Shown in pieces: positions 36,810 to 49,741 of a DNA stretch of 64,000 nucleotides; position 1 is the stretch's first letter; each line of letters begins with the position of its first letter. Location of the stretch: the NCBI RefSeq assembly GCF_964194155.1, contig NC_135905.1, positions 12,152,001 through 12,216,000 on the forward strand, read 5' to 3'. Position numbers and translations under genes: made by a program. The notes under the pieces were generated by a model. It saw only the letters and a list, made by a program, of their open reading frames with translations, ran no database searches and was not told the DNA's origin. The DNA is from Cetorhinus maximus. Taxonomy: Eukaryota.

Positions 36810-37005
36810 AAAGACCTGTATTTCAATAAAACTTTTCATTCCACTAAGGATGTCCCAATGTGCTTTACAGCCAGTGAGATACTTTTGAAGTGTACTCACT
36901 GTTGTAATGTTGAAATGCAACAGCCAATTTATGCTCAACAAACTCACACAAACTGCAATGAGATTAAGGACCAGATTATCCACTTTTTAAGTATTGGTTG
37001 AGATG
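36810..37005 (-). mobile_element. Deu-domain SINE 3' part
   Basis: Reverse complement of the SINE tail (GCTTTACAGCCAGTGAGATACTTTTGAAGTGTA on +). Confidence 0.7.
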
Positions 37006-37104
37006 GAAATTTTCAGTTTTGAAACTTTCATTTCACAAAGCCTCAACAGGTTTTTGAGGGAGAGAGATCCAGATTTTCATCACCCTTTGATTTTTTTTAT
37101 TAGT

Positions 37105-37575
37105 TATTCATTCACGGGATGTGGGAATTGCTGGCCAGGCCAGCATTTATTGCCCATCCTAACTGCCCTTGAGAAGGTGGTGGTGAGCCACCTTCTTGAA
37201 CCGCTGTAGTCACATGGCATCTACCCACAGTGCTGTTGGTACACCCAGAGTACTTTATGGGGGAGTTCCAGGATTTTGACCCAGCGACAGTGAACGGTGA
37301 TATAGTTCCAATTCAGGATGTTGTGTGGCTTGGAGGGAAATTTGCAGGTGGTGGTGTTCCCATGTATCTGCTGCCCTTGTCCTTTTGAGTGGTAGAGATT
37401 GCAGTCTGGAAGGTGCTGTCGAAGGAGCTTTGGTGACTTGCTGCAGTGCATCTTGTAGATGGTACACACTGCTGCTACTGTGGGTCAATGTTGGAGGGAG
37501 TGAATGTTTAAGGTGTTATGGATGGGGTGATATGGATGGTGCTGAGCTTCTTGAGTGTTGTTGGAGCTGCACTCC
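37105..37575 (-). mobile_element. LINE family B, 3' end
   Basis: Reverse complement of the diagnostic tail; ORF MCTIYKMHCSKSPKLLRQHLP. Confidence 0.85.
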
Positions 37576-38274
37576 AACTCTGAAGAAGTGCTTTTTGATA
37601 TCACCCCTGTCTCATCTGAGAGACAGTACCTACATGAATTGGTACTTTTCTTCAGACTTCCCTGAAATGCCAGCCTCAGTTATGTGCTGAATTGCAACTT
37701 AAATCCACAACCTTCTGACTTAAAAATTAGAGCTCATTCTGGACCCATTACATTAGAGACAAGTTTCCACAAGTATGCAGCATTTAAAACTAAAGCTAAT
37801 GGGTTAGTGTGGGCATTGAGATTTGAAAAATAAATATTTTAAGATATCTTCAGATGTTACTGTAAGAATTCAATCATTCAGTTATGATAATCCATTAGGG
37901 AATTCAACAAGTAAAGTTGTATGAAGCCAATTTCCCATCACTTTCTATTGGTCTCAGCTTTGATCGAAAGATTTTTGACCCCATTTGGAATATGATGCAG
38001 TCTCGGTTAAGCTGCTGAATGTAGAAATCTGAGCATTTCACTGACTGACACCCATCCTGAACAACACAAAATATTGATTTCAGAATACTTTTATACTCTT
38101 CCGCCAACATCGCCAACAATTAGCCTCCAACTATGGCCCCACACATAGCTCAGGTACATTTTCCAGACAGGGCATTAGCTGGAATAATTTCCTATTTACA
38201 GTGTTTGTTCCTGAGGTAACTGGACATTCCTCCTTGTTTCTGTAGAGAACTCATGAGCTCCACCTGAATTTGTG

Positions 38275-38625
38275 GGAGGTGATGGCGTAGTGGTATTGTT
38301 GCTGGACCAGTAATCTAGAGACCCAGGACCTGGGTTTGAATCCTGCTGTGGCAAATGGTGGAATTTGAATTCAATTGAAAAAAAAAATCTGGAATCAAAT
38401 AAAGTTTAATGACAACCATGAAACCATTGTCGATTATTGTAAAAACCCATCTGGTTCACTAATGTCCTTTAGGGAAGGAAATCTGCCGTCCTTATCTGGT
38501 CTGGTCTACATGTGACTCCAGACCCACAGCAATGTGGTTGGCTCTTAAATTCCCTCTAAACAAGGGCAATTAAGGATGGGCAATAAATGCTGGCTTAGCC
38601 AGAGACACCCACATTCCGTAAAAAA
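38275..38625 (+). mobile_element. Full-length tRNA-derived SINE with LINE family B tail
   Basis: A box TGGCGTAGTGG, B box GGTTTGAATCC, tail AAGGGCAATTAAGGATGGGCAATAAATGCTGGC...CCCACATTCC, then A-rich end. Confidence 0.85.
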
Positions 38626-38704
38626 ATTAAGAAATATCTTAAAAGCTATAACCAATAACTTCAAGTGAAGCAATGTAAATAGAAACAAAAATGGGCAATG
38701 AGTC

Positions 38705-39120
38705 CTAGTAAAAAGAGACATACTATCGAAGTTTTTCGTCTTGCACTCATCAGGACAGGTACACAAGATAAACTAACAGTAAAGGGGGCAACAATTTATA
38801 CTGCATGAAAAGAGAGTGCTGATTGGTTGGCAAGTGGGCTCTGATTGGTAGCGGCATTGCCATGGAGAATTCAGCAGAGAACTGTTAATTGTTAACTGCC
38901 AAGCTTTTGTTTCAAATTCAAACCAGGTCGGTCAACTCTGATTGGTCAAGGCATTGCCAAGGGGAATGAACCAGGGAATGGCAGCCCCCCAAACTTTTGT
39001 TTAGTTAGAAAAGTCGTAATGCATGAACGTGCTCCTGTCTGCAAAAGACAAGGCCCTGTGTGTGAATATATGTGGCTATATATTATGCTAGAAGCAAGAC
39101 GAAATGCTTCAGCAGTATAT
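38705..39120 (-). mobile_element. Penelope-like element family B, 3' end
   Basis: Aligns with 29150-29550; minus strand encodes IYSHTGPCLLQ / LLASSIIY remnants. Confidence 0.7.
38723..38758 (-). ncRNA. Minimal type-I hammerhead ribozyme motif (PLE family B), sense to the ARHGAP22 pre-mRNA
   Basis: CUGUC-CUGAUGA-GU(GCAAG)AC-GAAA-AACU-UC-GAUAG: stem I of 5 bp (one G-U), intact core, UUC triplet, very short stems II and III. Confidence 0.6.
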
Positions 39121-39667
39121 CTCTTTTTCCAGCAACACTCAAGTTCTGCACTACCAAATGACTCATTCATTCTTTTTTGGCCCTGTTATTTTTCTCTATT
39201 GAAGTTGTTGTTCCTGTTGGCAAACCTCTTGTTCGGAGTTTTGACCTGGCCATTGCCAATCAACTACTCATCTTTGAACGGGGCGGAGACTTTTCCTTGT
39301 GTGGTCCTCTAGGTTGTGTCTTTGTGTCAATATAGCTAACAAGCCGTTTGAGATGATGTTAGTTCATCGGAGTAGTAAATCAACCAGCTCATTCTAAAGC
39401 TTAGAAATCATCAGTTCATTGTCGGGTGAAGTTAAATAATTTAATAGGTTCTTCACTGACTGCTTATCTAATTAGCATTTGTGGAATAATTTACATCAAA
39501 GGGACTTCCTTTAACTCCTTCACGTTGAATTTAATTCCCTGTTGAAATTAGGTGTGCTTCAATAGTTTACTCCTCTAAGCCATTTCCCTGAACCAGTTGT
39601 ACTGTGGAGAAATTCCAGTGGTAACACTGCACCCTGCAACTGTTACCCGTATGTGTCAAATATTATA

Positions 39668-39777
39668 ATAAGAAAAGCAAAATGCTGCAGATGCTGGAAA
39701 TCTGAAATAAAAACAGAAAATGCTGGAAAAACTCAGCAGGTCGGGCAGCACCTGTGGAGAGAGAAACAGAGTTAACC
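39668..39777 (-). mobile_element. Penelope-like (family A) terminal fragment
   Basis: Reverse complement of the family A tail, ending at GTTAAC. Confidence 0.8.
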
Positions 39778-41034
39778 TGGCAAATATCACCCAGTTTGTG
39801 GCAGATAAAATTTGATGCATTGTCAGGCCTGCTGCATCCAGTGAAGGCTGGCTCTAATTAATGATCTCATGTCTGGAAACACCTATTATTTATTTTGCTA
39901 AATGCTATGGAGGCTGGACTATCCCAGCAGCCACAGCAGTAGCGAAAGCCCTCTATTTAAACCATTGTTCCTCACAGGCAAAGGAACTGTCTATTAAAGC
40001 GTGAATACCATGGCCCATGTGACAGATGCAACTTTCTACTTTTATACAGATGAATGACTTTTGAGCAGGGTATAGCCTAAGGTCCCCACAAGCTGGTGGG
40101 ACACTGTTCAGTCAGCCATTCCTAATGCCCTAAGCCTTGACTGAGAACATGACTGGTCACTGGGCAGACTGCAGAGAGCATCAAAGCCTATTCTCAACTT
40201 ATCATACACTGCCCAGCAGAGGCCACTGGAGAATGATGAGCAGCTAAAGCCCTGGTTCCTTCTCCCTTTCGCCAATCCAACTATAGGAGCCCCTCCACGC
40301 CCGTTCCCTTTGAGCCACTGCCCTGTTTGAGATGTGTTTATGCTCACAGACTGAGAAACGGGTTGGTGCGGCTTGGTGCTACAGGAGCCACTGGATGGGC
40401 AAAATTTAAAGCCATTACAGCCTTTGCATTTTCTGCACAAAGCAGCCACTGTAGCCCAGCAATGCATAATGATATGGATCATTTTGGCAGCAAACAGTAC
40501 ATAATAGCCAGAACAGATTTGTAGCAAAGGAGCTGTTCAAAAACATGACGGCAGATCTCCTGTATGTCTCAATAGCCCAGTATAAAGTCACTGGAACTGG
40601 GCACTTTGTTCTGGTACATTCATTATTTGAGGTTTTGATGTATCTCTATCTGGAAGTTATTAATAGAAAAGTGGACAATCCTTTTCCTGCATTTAGCAGA
40701 ATAAAAACCTGCTCAGCAGATCTGCCTGACTTTGGCTGTCTTCAGCAGGTCTAATTAAAAAATTTCTGGCTGCAAAATAAAACCACTGACCAAACATAAA
40801 TAGTTCCAAGATTGTCCCATCAACGAATAGGAGCAGTACATCAGGCTTTATAAATATAAATTATTTTACTCTGAAATGTGCAAATAGTTCATGTGCAAAT
40901 GTTCGTTCAAAATATTAGGAAAATGTTATTCAATTTGGTTTAAAATTTGGTTTATGGGTGAAAGATCCCAATTATTTAATCCTTTGTAATTCCTTTTGTT
41001 CATTATCTCAAAGAATGAGTCAAGTTGTGAATGG

Positions 41035-42482
41035 CTAAGAAGGCATTTGATAACTACACACAGACAGAGCTAAGTGATCCCACAACCAATGGATCAAATC
41101 TAAGCTCTGCAGTCCTGTCACATCCAGCCATGAATGGTGGTGGACTAATCGTTTAATTAACAAGCAACTGGAGGAGGAGGCTCCAAAAATACCCCCCATC
41201 CTCAATGATGGAGGAGCCCACCACATCAGTGCAAAACACAAAGGCTGATGCATTTGCTACCATCTTCAGCCAGAGGAGCCAAGTGGATGATCCATCTCGG
41301 CCTCCTCCTGAGTTCCCCACTAACACAGCTGCCAGCCTTCAGCCAATTCAATTCACTCCATGTGCTATCAAGAAAGGGCTGAACACACTGGGTACAACAA
41401 CATCCTGGCTGTAGTACTGAAGACTTGTGCTCCAGAGCCAGCTGTGCCCCTAGCTAAGTTGCTCCAGTCCTGCTACAACATTGGCACCTACCTGACAAGG
41501 TATGTCCTGTTCATGAAAAGCAGGTCAAATCTGATTCAGTTACCATCCCATAAGCAAAATGATGGAAGGTGTTGATATTGCTATCAAGCGGCACTTACAC
41601 AGTAATTAAATGCTCACTAATATTCAGTTTAGGTTCCATCAGGGCCACTCAGCTCCAGGCTACATTACAGCCTTGGTCCAAACATGGACAAAAGAGCTGA
41701 ATTTCAGAGCTGAGGTGAGAGTGACTGCCCTTGACATCAAAGCAGCATTTGATAGATTGTGGCATCAAGGAGCCCTAGCAAAACTGAAGTCAACGGGAAT
41801 CGGGGGGGGAGAACTCTCCATTGGTTGAAGTCAGACCTAGCACAAAGGAAGATGGTTGTGGTTTTTGGAGGCCAATCATCTCAGCCCCAAGGCATCATTG
41901 CAGGAGTTCCTCAGGGTAGCGTCCTAGACCCAACCATCTTCAGCTGCTTCACTAATGGCCTTCTCTCCATCATAAAGTCCACTTGCCTGGACAAGTGCAG
42001 CTCCACCAATGACTAAGAAGCTCAACACCATCCAATTCAAAGCAGAAGGATTGGCATCCCATCCACCACCTTAAACATTCACTCCCCCGACAACAAAACA
42101 CAATGGCAGCAGTGTGTACTATTTACAAGGTGCACTGCAGTAATTCACCAAGCCTCCTTTGACACCCTTTTCCAAACCCACGACCACTACCAAGCAGAAG
42201 GACAAGGGCAGCAAACACATGGGAACACCACCACCGCCTGAACGTTCCCTTGCACATCACATCCAGTTTCCAAGTTCTCTTGCACGTCCGGACTTCCAAC
42301 TATTTCGCAGTTCCTCCCCTGTTAAAATCTTAGAACTCCCTCCTTAACAGCACGGTAGGTGCACCAACATCAGATGGACTGCAGTGGCTCAAGAAAGGGG
42401 CTCACCACTACTTTCTCAAAAGCAATTTGGGATGGGTAACAAACTCTGGCCTTGCCAGCAACTCTCACATCCCACGATAAAA
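41035..42482 (+). mobile_element. LINE family B, longer decayed copy with reverse transcriptase
   Basis: QFRFHQGHSA...VTALDIKAAFDRLWHQG (41610-41828) and AGVPQGSVLDPTIF (41759-42016), then the diagnostic tail. Confidence 0.9.
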
Positions 42483-42539
42483 TTTTTAAAAAAAATTGCT
42501 GGAAATCTGAAACAAAAAAGGGTTATATAACCAAATTTC

Positions 42540-43631
42540 TTTGAAGCATTCACTCTCAGCCTATTGCCCTCTTGCACCCATACATCACAGGCGGCATACA
42601 CAAAAGGTCTCTTTCCCTACTCTCCACACAACCCATTACAACCATTCACACCTCCCGGCTTTCACTACTTGCAGGAGAGGAGAGCACACAAGAGCCAGAA
42701 AGAGGCACAGGATGGTTGTCCCTCCAGCGATGGGCACCTTGTTGGCCATTGGCAATGCATGCCCACCTGGTCCAGGGGGCAGGAGGTTTTGTCTCGAGAG
42801 GTTGCAGATGTCCCTGCCACGAAAGCCCGAGTGTCCTGAGGCACTGGTGTTCAGACATGTTGAGAAAGCTGACCCTCTGCCCTGTAGACCCTCTGTTGAG
42901 GGGCCTTGTCCCCTTCCAGCTGGTGTCCATCCACTCTGCCCTCTGGGGGTGGGGAGGGGGGGGTGTGTGGGGGGGAGGGGGGGGGGGGCATGGGGTGGAG
43001 GAGAAGGCAGCTGGTGCAGCTGCTGGTGTTGCTCCTGATACTGCTGGAAAAGTTGGCCTTGATGTCACTTCTGCTCTTGGCCCTCACCAGAGGTGGAAGT
43101 TGGATCTGCAGAAGCTGCTCCCATAAGGTGGTGAAGGCTAGCAGCAGAGGTGAGTGAGGTGCTGGGCAAGCAAAGTGCCTTCCAAGGAGTTGGCAATCAC
43201 CCACCGAGCAGTGAAGATGCTGCCTGAGAGAAGACGTGCTTTGAACAGCAACCTCTCACCTGGCCATGGCAGGAGCTCTCCAGCATAACTAATTAAAGCC
43301 TTCTCAGCCTGTCAGTTTCACTGAAGAAGTTCCTCCCACTGTGCACGCGCCTCAGTGTCCCTGACGAGGTGCAGGAACAGTGTAGAACCCTATGCGCTTT
43401 GGAGGGGAAAAAAATGAATCCAGGGTTAAAAAGGCTCTGAAAAGTTTTTATTCTAATTGGCTCAACTGCTTCGTGACCCAAGGGTGGTGGGGAGGGGGGA
43501 GCTGAACTCGGAGCACACCTGGGGAAAGCTGGAAGAGGGCGGGCGTTGCCTGGATTCCAACCCAACGTCAGTTTCAGGGGCATTACCATATCCGCACACA
43601 TCACTTCCACCTGGCCACAGAAAATTCTGCC
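42540..43631 (-). mobile_element. Decayed Harbinger element: TIR plus nuclease N-terminus
   Basis: Right end GAAAATTCTGCC; minus ORFs RRVYRAE / QRVSFLNMSEHQCLRTLGLS and QPLE...PLEGQP, homologous to 19050-19200. Confidence 0.75.
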
Positions 43632-43741
43632 ACAGCATCTGACAACAAGGACTGAGAAGGCCCTTGTTCAATTCCTGGTCTGTGGCTGCAAGTACCCCAA
43701 GATATGGAAACGAATATCAGCTGGGGCTCCAACTCTCAATG

Positions 43742-43812
43742 GGCTGGGCTAGTGGAACTGAGCATGCGCAAGGCCATTAAGCCTGGACATGCTCAGTTCC
43801 AGTAGCCTAGTC
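43742..43812 (+). other. 71-nt stem-loop
   Basis: GGCUGGGCUA/UAGCCUAGUC (10 bp, two G-U), G-G mismatch, UGGAACUGAGCAUG/CAUGCUCAGUUCCA (14 bp perfect), internal loop, AGGC/GCCU, loop CAUUAA. Confidence 0.8.
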
Positions 43813-44864
43813 AGAACATCGTGGGCTGGTTTGCCAATGGCTTACACTTAAAAAAAATGAATTGCCTGTATTTCAAATATGGAGTTACCACCTTCAGTAG
43901 AAAAGGGAATGTGGTCACATTGAGAAGGAAAGAGTTCATAACTATCATGAGATACAAAAAAAAAAGATGATTTTATTGACTTTCTGTCGCAATGTACTAT
44001 GAAACAGAATTTCTATTACAGTCAACTAGTAAGGTGCTGTAGACATCAAATAAAATGAACAGAAAGAGCTCTGAGAGCAGAAGGGAATAGTACATAATGA
44101 CACAGTGGACTTTCAAGAATTATAAAGGTTAATTAAATAATTGGAAGGGTGTTCAGGGGGTGGAGACTGTAGTCTCCAGTTCCGCATAATGTTTATGAAT
44201 CTTCCAAACTTTGATGCCTCATTGTGTGATGCACAGTCTGGTAATACACACCCACCTGTGTTATTCTCAATGAATATTGGATGCTACTGAATGTGTTTAA
44301 TGCTCCTAATTTATTCTTTACAGTGCAACAATATGTGACTATCAAACAGAGAACTAATTGCTTCAAGTTTTGTCTCCTATTTCTTCACTAGAAAAGAGGA
44401 ACTTACCAAAAACAGAGGTTTAAAACATCTATCAGGAAGTGTGGGATAGAGGCTGGGTTAAAAACTCTGACAAAGTTAAAACAAAAATAAATCCTGGCAA
44501 AACTCTGAAGAGACAATTTGCGGTAATTCCATCAAAGGAAGACGTAATATATTCTGTTCAATGGCATTTATGATGAAGGTTGCATCACTGGAAACGCCAC
44601 TTTAATTTGGCATTGTCAGGCAGTACCTTTGGTCGCCTCGTAATTAAGATGTTCGTAGTGGTGACAATCTGTCACTGTGCATCAGAGGACAGATTCAAGT
44701 GAAATGGTTTCTTCAAATAATTCAGCTCAAAGGACTTCTTTGGCTTACGCCTTAAGATTTGAATTGGCTATAAAGTCCCAGATCCCATAAGGTCATCAGA
44801 TACCTATCTGGGGCTGGCTTTACTATTTGCTGCCAACAAATCTCTCTAGGTTTCTGCAGACTAG

Positions 44865-45280
44865 AAAGGAAGAAAGACTTGCATTTATATAGCACCTCAT
44901 GATGACCCAAAGCACTCTAGGTCCAAGGACACACTTTTATATTGTCGTCACTTCAACATGGCAGCCACATTGCATGTGGCAGAGTCCCACAACAGCAATG
45001 AGCTAATGACAAGATAATCTATCAAGTGGTTTTGGTTGGGGAATAATATTGGCCTGGACACCAAGGAGAACTCCACGACATAATGCTATGGAATTTTTAA
45101 TGTCCACCTGAGAGGGCAGACGTGGCTCGGTTTAACGTCTTATCCAAAAGATGGCACAGTGCAGCACTCCCGGAGTGTCAGCTTAAATTTTGTGCTCAGG
45201 CCTCTGGATTGGGGCTTCAACCCACTACCTTTTAACACAGGAGCAAGCAGGCTACCAGCTGAGCTACAGTTGACATCTAC
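44865..45280 (-). mobile_element. Near-full-length Deu-domain SINE
   Basis: AAGACTTGCATTTATATAGCACC...GTCCACCTGAGAGGGCAGAC...GGTTTAACGTC...GCAGCACTCCC...GTGTCAGC on + is the reverse complement of the family consensus. Confidence 0.8.
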
Positions 45281-45824
45281 GTTTAGCCACATATGTTGCA
45301 TGCTGTGGTTGTACACTAATAAAGCAAGTTTTCTAACATGGTAATACTATTTCCTTTGGGTAGATGACTGGCAGACTAATTGTAGCTGAAAACTAGGTTT
45401 ATGAAGGACAAGCTTAAAACTTTTCCCCCACATAACATGCATAGTAAACCTTCCCTTAGTGCACATTATAGCAGGGGGTGTCCAGCAATGTTTCCATATT
45501 TACAAGGGGCTCTCAAGGAGTGAGTCCATGTTTAAAAGGGATCCCTAGGAGTGTGTCGATGTTTGCAGGAGCCTGGAGAGTGCATCAATATTTGAACAGG
45601 GTCACTGGGAATACGTGTCAGGGTTTGCGGAACATGCTACGGGGTGAGTCAATATTTGCAGGGTTTCCCCGATCTTGTGTAGGGGCCTCTCACACAGAAA
45701 GGTTTCAAACTATACACAAGATGAGCTATGTCACATTAAAATTGTCTGGGTTTACCCCAGTTTCACAGCCGAAATAAACTTGAATAAGAACTGATGCTTT
45801 CACTCCCAAATTCAAATCTTCTTA

Positions 45825-46620
45825 CTGGAGCTTGGGCTGATAAGCGGCAAGTAACATTCACGCCACACAAGTGCCAGGCAATCACCATCTCCAACAAGAC
45901 AGAATCGAACCAACACCTCCTTGACATTCAATGGTATTACCCCATTCTGAAATCCCCCATTATCGACATCCTAGGGGTTACTATTGACCAGAAACTGAGC
46001 TGAACTAACCATATAAATACTGTGGATTAAAGAACAGATCAGGCACTGGGAATCCTGTGGTGAGTATCTCACCTCCTGACTCCCCAGAGTCTGTCCACCA
46101 TCGACAAGGCACAAGTCAGGAGTGTGATGGAATACTTCCCACTTACCTGATTGAGTGCAGCCCCAACAACACTCAAGAAGCTCAACACCATCCAGGGCAA
46201 AACATCCTGCTTGATTGGCACCCCATTCACCAACATAAACATTCACTCACTCCACCACTGATGCACAGTGACAGCAGTGTGTACCATCTACAAGATGCAC
46301 TGCAGCAACTCACCAAGGCTCCGTCAACAGCACCTTCCAAAACTGCTACCTCTACCACCTAGGAGGACCTGGGCAGCAGATGCATGGTCCTCTCCAAGCC
46401 ACACACCATCCTGACTTGGCACGACATCACTATTCCTTCACTGTCGCTGGGTCAAAACCCTGGAACTCCCTTTCCTAACAGCACTGTGGGTGTACCTACA
46501 CCACATGGGCTGCAGCGGTTCAAGAAGGCAGCTCACCGCCACCTTCTCAAGGGCAATTAGGGATGGACAATAAATGCTGGCCTAGCCAGCGGTGCCTGCA
46601 TCCTGTGAAAGAATAAATAA
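45825..46620 (+). mobile_element. LINE family B, 3' ~800 bp
   Basis: WADKRQVTFTPHKCQ...ILGVTIDQKLS, then the diagnostic tail. Confidence 0.9.
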
Positions 46621-46979
46621 AAGGATTTTTAACTTGATTGCAAAACCCAAAGGATTGGGCATTGAGTGCTTAGCTTCCTCTCATTGGCTGGTCCCACCAG
46701 CACAGGTAACATCGTGGGTTGGATGGGAAAATTTGGAGAGCAGCCAAAAATCAATTGGCTTTTGGTCACTCGCCCGCCCACAACAATGTCCACCGCTGGC
46801 AAGACCAGAAAAACCCACCATTATCTAGTATTCCTCCATTGGAAAGTTTACTTTAAAAAGATTATCTGATCCAAGAGCCCCAGTTACTGCCCATTGCTGG
46901 CAACCCTTCGAACGTGTGGTTAGCGATCGCTTATACAATTGAAGAATAACAAGGCATCGCTTTTGTACATCGGAGAGAG

Positions 46980-47150
46980 TCGATGGAGCCTCAGTTTAAC
47001 GTCTCATCTGAAAAAAAGCATCGCTGACACTGCAGCTCTCCCTCGGTACTCCTGGAGTGTCAGCCAAGATTCTGTGCTCAAGTCTTTGGACTGGGGCTTG
47101 AACCCACAACCTTCTGGCTCAGGAGAGAGTGGTACCAACTAAGCCGCAGC
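46980..47150 (-). mobile_element. Deu-domain SINE 5' part
   Basis: Reverse complement of the tRNA-like head (GGGCTTGAACCCACAACCTTCTG.CTCAG) and body. Confidence 0.7.
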
Positions 47151-47224
47151 AGCCAGTAAAATTGTTAGAAGATAACTGTAGCCTTGAAAATTAAAAAACA
47201 AAGCCATCAATTAAGGTTTGCAGG

Positions 47225-47589
47225 TAGGGTTGCCAACTCTCCAGGATTGGCCTGGAGTCCCCAGGAATTGAAGATCAATCTCCCAGGATGCTGCTGTGTG
47301 CTACCCTGGAGAAAAATCATCGGGACGTTAAAAAAGTTTTTAAAAAATGTTTCTTTGAACATTTCTCTTTACCAGATATCAAAAATATTGAAAATTGGAA
47401 AGAAAGATTGTTTGGCTGACAGTCAAGAATCATCTGATTGGGTAATGAGTCTTGTTTGCTTTCCAGTTGGTGTAGGAAGGCCGTACGTCACAAGGATGGA
47501 TGTGTTGGCCAACTAATGGCTGGAGTCTGTGGGGGCAGGTCATGTGATGGAACCTCCAGGAATACACTCAATCCCAGTTGGCAACTCTA
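47225..47589. mobile_element. hAT-type MITE, 365 bp
   Basis: TIRs TAGGGTTGCCAAC and GTTGGCAACTCTA; flanks TTTGCAGG/GATGCAGA (decayed 8-bp TSD); inverted paralog at 54820-55194, partial copy at ~12480-12570. Confidence 0.85.
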
Positions 47590-47639
47590 GATGCAGAGCC
47601 TGGTTGGGTTTTCACTAAAAGATTTACAGTATGTTACTG

Positions 47640-47880
47640 TTCATAGAACCACAGAGCACAGGAGGAGGCCATTTGGCCCTTTGTGCCTATGCCAGCTCTT
47701 TGAAAGAACTATCCAATTAGTCCCACACCTGTTTCCTCCTAGCCCTGCAAACTTTTCTTTTTTAAGTATATATCAAATTCCCTTTTGGAACATTATGGAA
47801 TTTGTCTCCACCGCACTTTCAGGCAGTGCATTCCAGGCCACAGCAAGTCCCTGAGCAAAAGGAAATTCTCCTCACCTCCC
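47640..47880 (-). mobile_element. CR1 3' end fragment
   Basis: CATAGAA...GCACAGGAGGAGGCCATTTGGCCC motif. Confidence 0.75.
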
Positions 47881-48409
47881 CCACCCCACCGCCGCCCCAC
47901 TTGCTTTCTTTATATACGAGTGAGTATATGTACTTACTAAAGACTCCAGTAATTCTATTTGTGAGGAGTGGAATAAGCTCACAGTGTCGATGTGGGTTAC
48001 AACGCTCACTGAGGAATTCACTATGCCACCTCCAGGAAGGCTTATTCAGTTCTCATCGGTGCAGGGAAAACCGGCAGTCATTCTCCGGGAGTTGAAACAT
48101 TCTTGAGAGGGAAGCCTTGGAGAGTGCGTTTGTGAGCCTGGAGCATCCATCTGCGCAAAAGCGTGAAGCATCTGTGTGGGGGAAGTTTGAAAGCATCTTC
48201 AGGGAATCCAGGCATGTTGAGCGGGAGCCAAAGATCCAGGGCTGAATGAGTTATTTGGTCGGATGGAGGTTGCAGACTGATTAAAAAGAAGGGAATCATG
48301 TTTGGAGGAATCACTGATGCAGCAAACCTGTTTTTTAATGGTGAGGAAAGGACAATGTCTGTTATATTAGGGATTCGTGCTCAAAGTTTAGAGTCCCAAA
48401 TATAACAGG

Positions 48410-48680
48410 ATTATAGAACCATGCAACACAGAAGGAGGCCATTTGGCCCATCATACCAGTTCCAGCTCTGTGAAAGAGCTGATTCATCCCACTCCACTCC
48501 CTTTTCCCCCATAGCACTGCAATGTATATAGTCAATTCTTTTTTTGGAAGTTACTGCTTCTAACACTCTTTCAGGTAGTGCCTTTACTCACCGCTGGTTA
48601 CATTAAATCTGTATCCCCTGGTTACCAAGCCTCCTGCCTAGGGAAAAGGTTTCTGCATATTTATTCTATCAAAATCTCTG
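48410..48680 (-). mobile_element. CR1 3' end fragment
   Basis: ATAGAACCATGCAACACAGAAGGAGGCCATTTGGCCC motif. Confidence 0.75.
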
Positions 48681-49741
48681 GAACTGTGGCTTAAGTGTGG
48701 GCTTCAATGATTTGGGGGCAGTCAGATTTGGTAGTCTAATTGTGTGGATGAACAGGGGACAAACATGGGCTATATTTTTGCTCTCATATTTCTTTTAATA
48801 ACTTTTAGCCTGAATCGGTCATTGGCAGAATAACATACTTTGTATATTTAAAGCTGGAAGCCAGTACATTGGGTATACCTCACAGCAGTGGAGTTACCTG
48901 TAATAAATGAATTACACGCATCATACTTTGTTGAAGAACTGCTTGAAACTTGCATGTCAGGCAGTCCAAACTCATTGCACCTATCAACTCCGCTGCTAGA
49001 GCAATGCAATAAGCCTCTGGAAAGGGAGGTATCACCAGGTGCAGCATCTTCCAAGATGAAGTAGCAGTCTTGCATGCACAGGAATGTTCGACAACAACAC
49101 CAGTGATTCGTGGGCAACAATCACGTTTGCTGTTAGATTTTTGAAGTTTTTTTTGACCCCTCGCCTTTTTCCTTCCTCTCATCCCGAAGCTGCAGGCTTA
49201 CACCTGGTTACAGTCCCACAGATCACAGGCGCTCCCCACTACTCCCAGACCCATGGTTAGGCCAACTTCCAATCCACGTCTAATAACAGGTAGCATCACC
49301 GTCATGCCCAATGCCGTCCCTGTTCGTATGCACCCAAATGTCAACTTTGCAGTGGTGTGTGTTTTTATCCCAACATCAAAAGCAATAAAATATACCGGGT
49401 GAATTTCACATCAGAGTTCTTTCAACAACAACAGCAAAAGCTTGCATTCAAGGAGCACCAAGCAAAACGTCCCAAGAAGCTTCAGAGGAGTTGTTGTGAG
49501 TGGTGGCCGAGTTGGTCCTATTGATAGAGTTGATCAGCAGACACTTCTTTGATGGAAACTTTAAGTTTATTTCCAAAGATACTCAGGAGGAACTATTCAT
49601 GCACTTACACTTCGAACTCTATCTCTACACCACTAACTGCAGAGGTAGCCCGTGCTACTCCCCTATTGGGTACTAAAGATCATGTGATCTTCCTTAACAA
49701 GCATTATTCTTAAAGGTATTTTACACACTAAATAAAACCAT

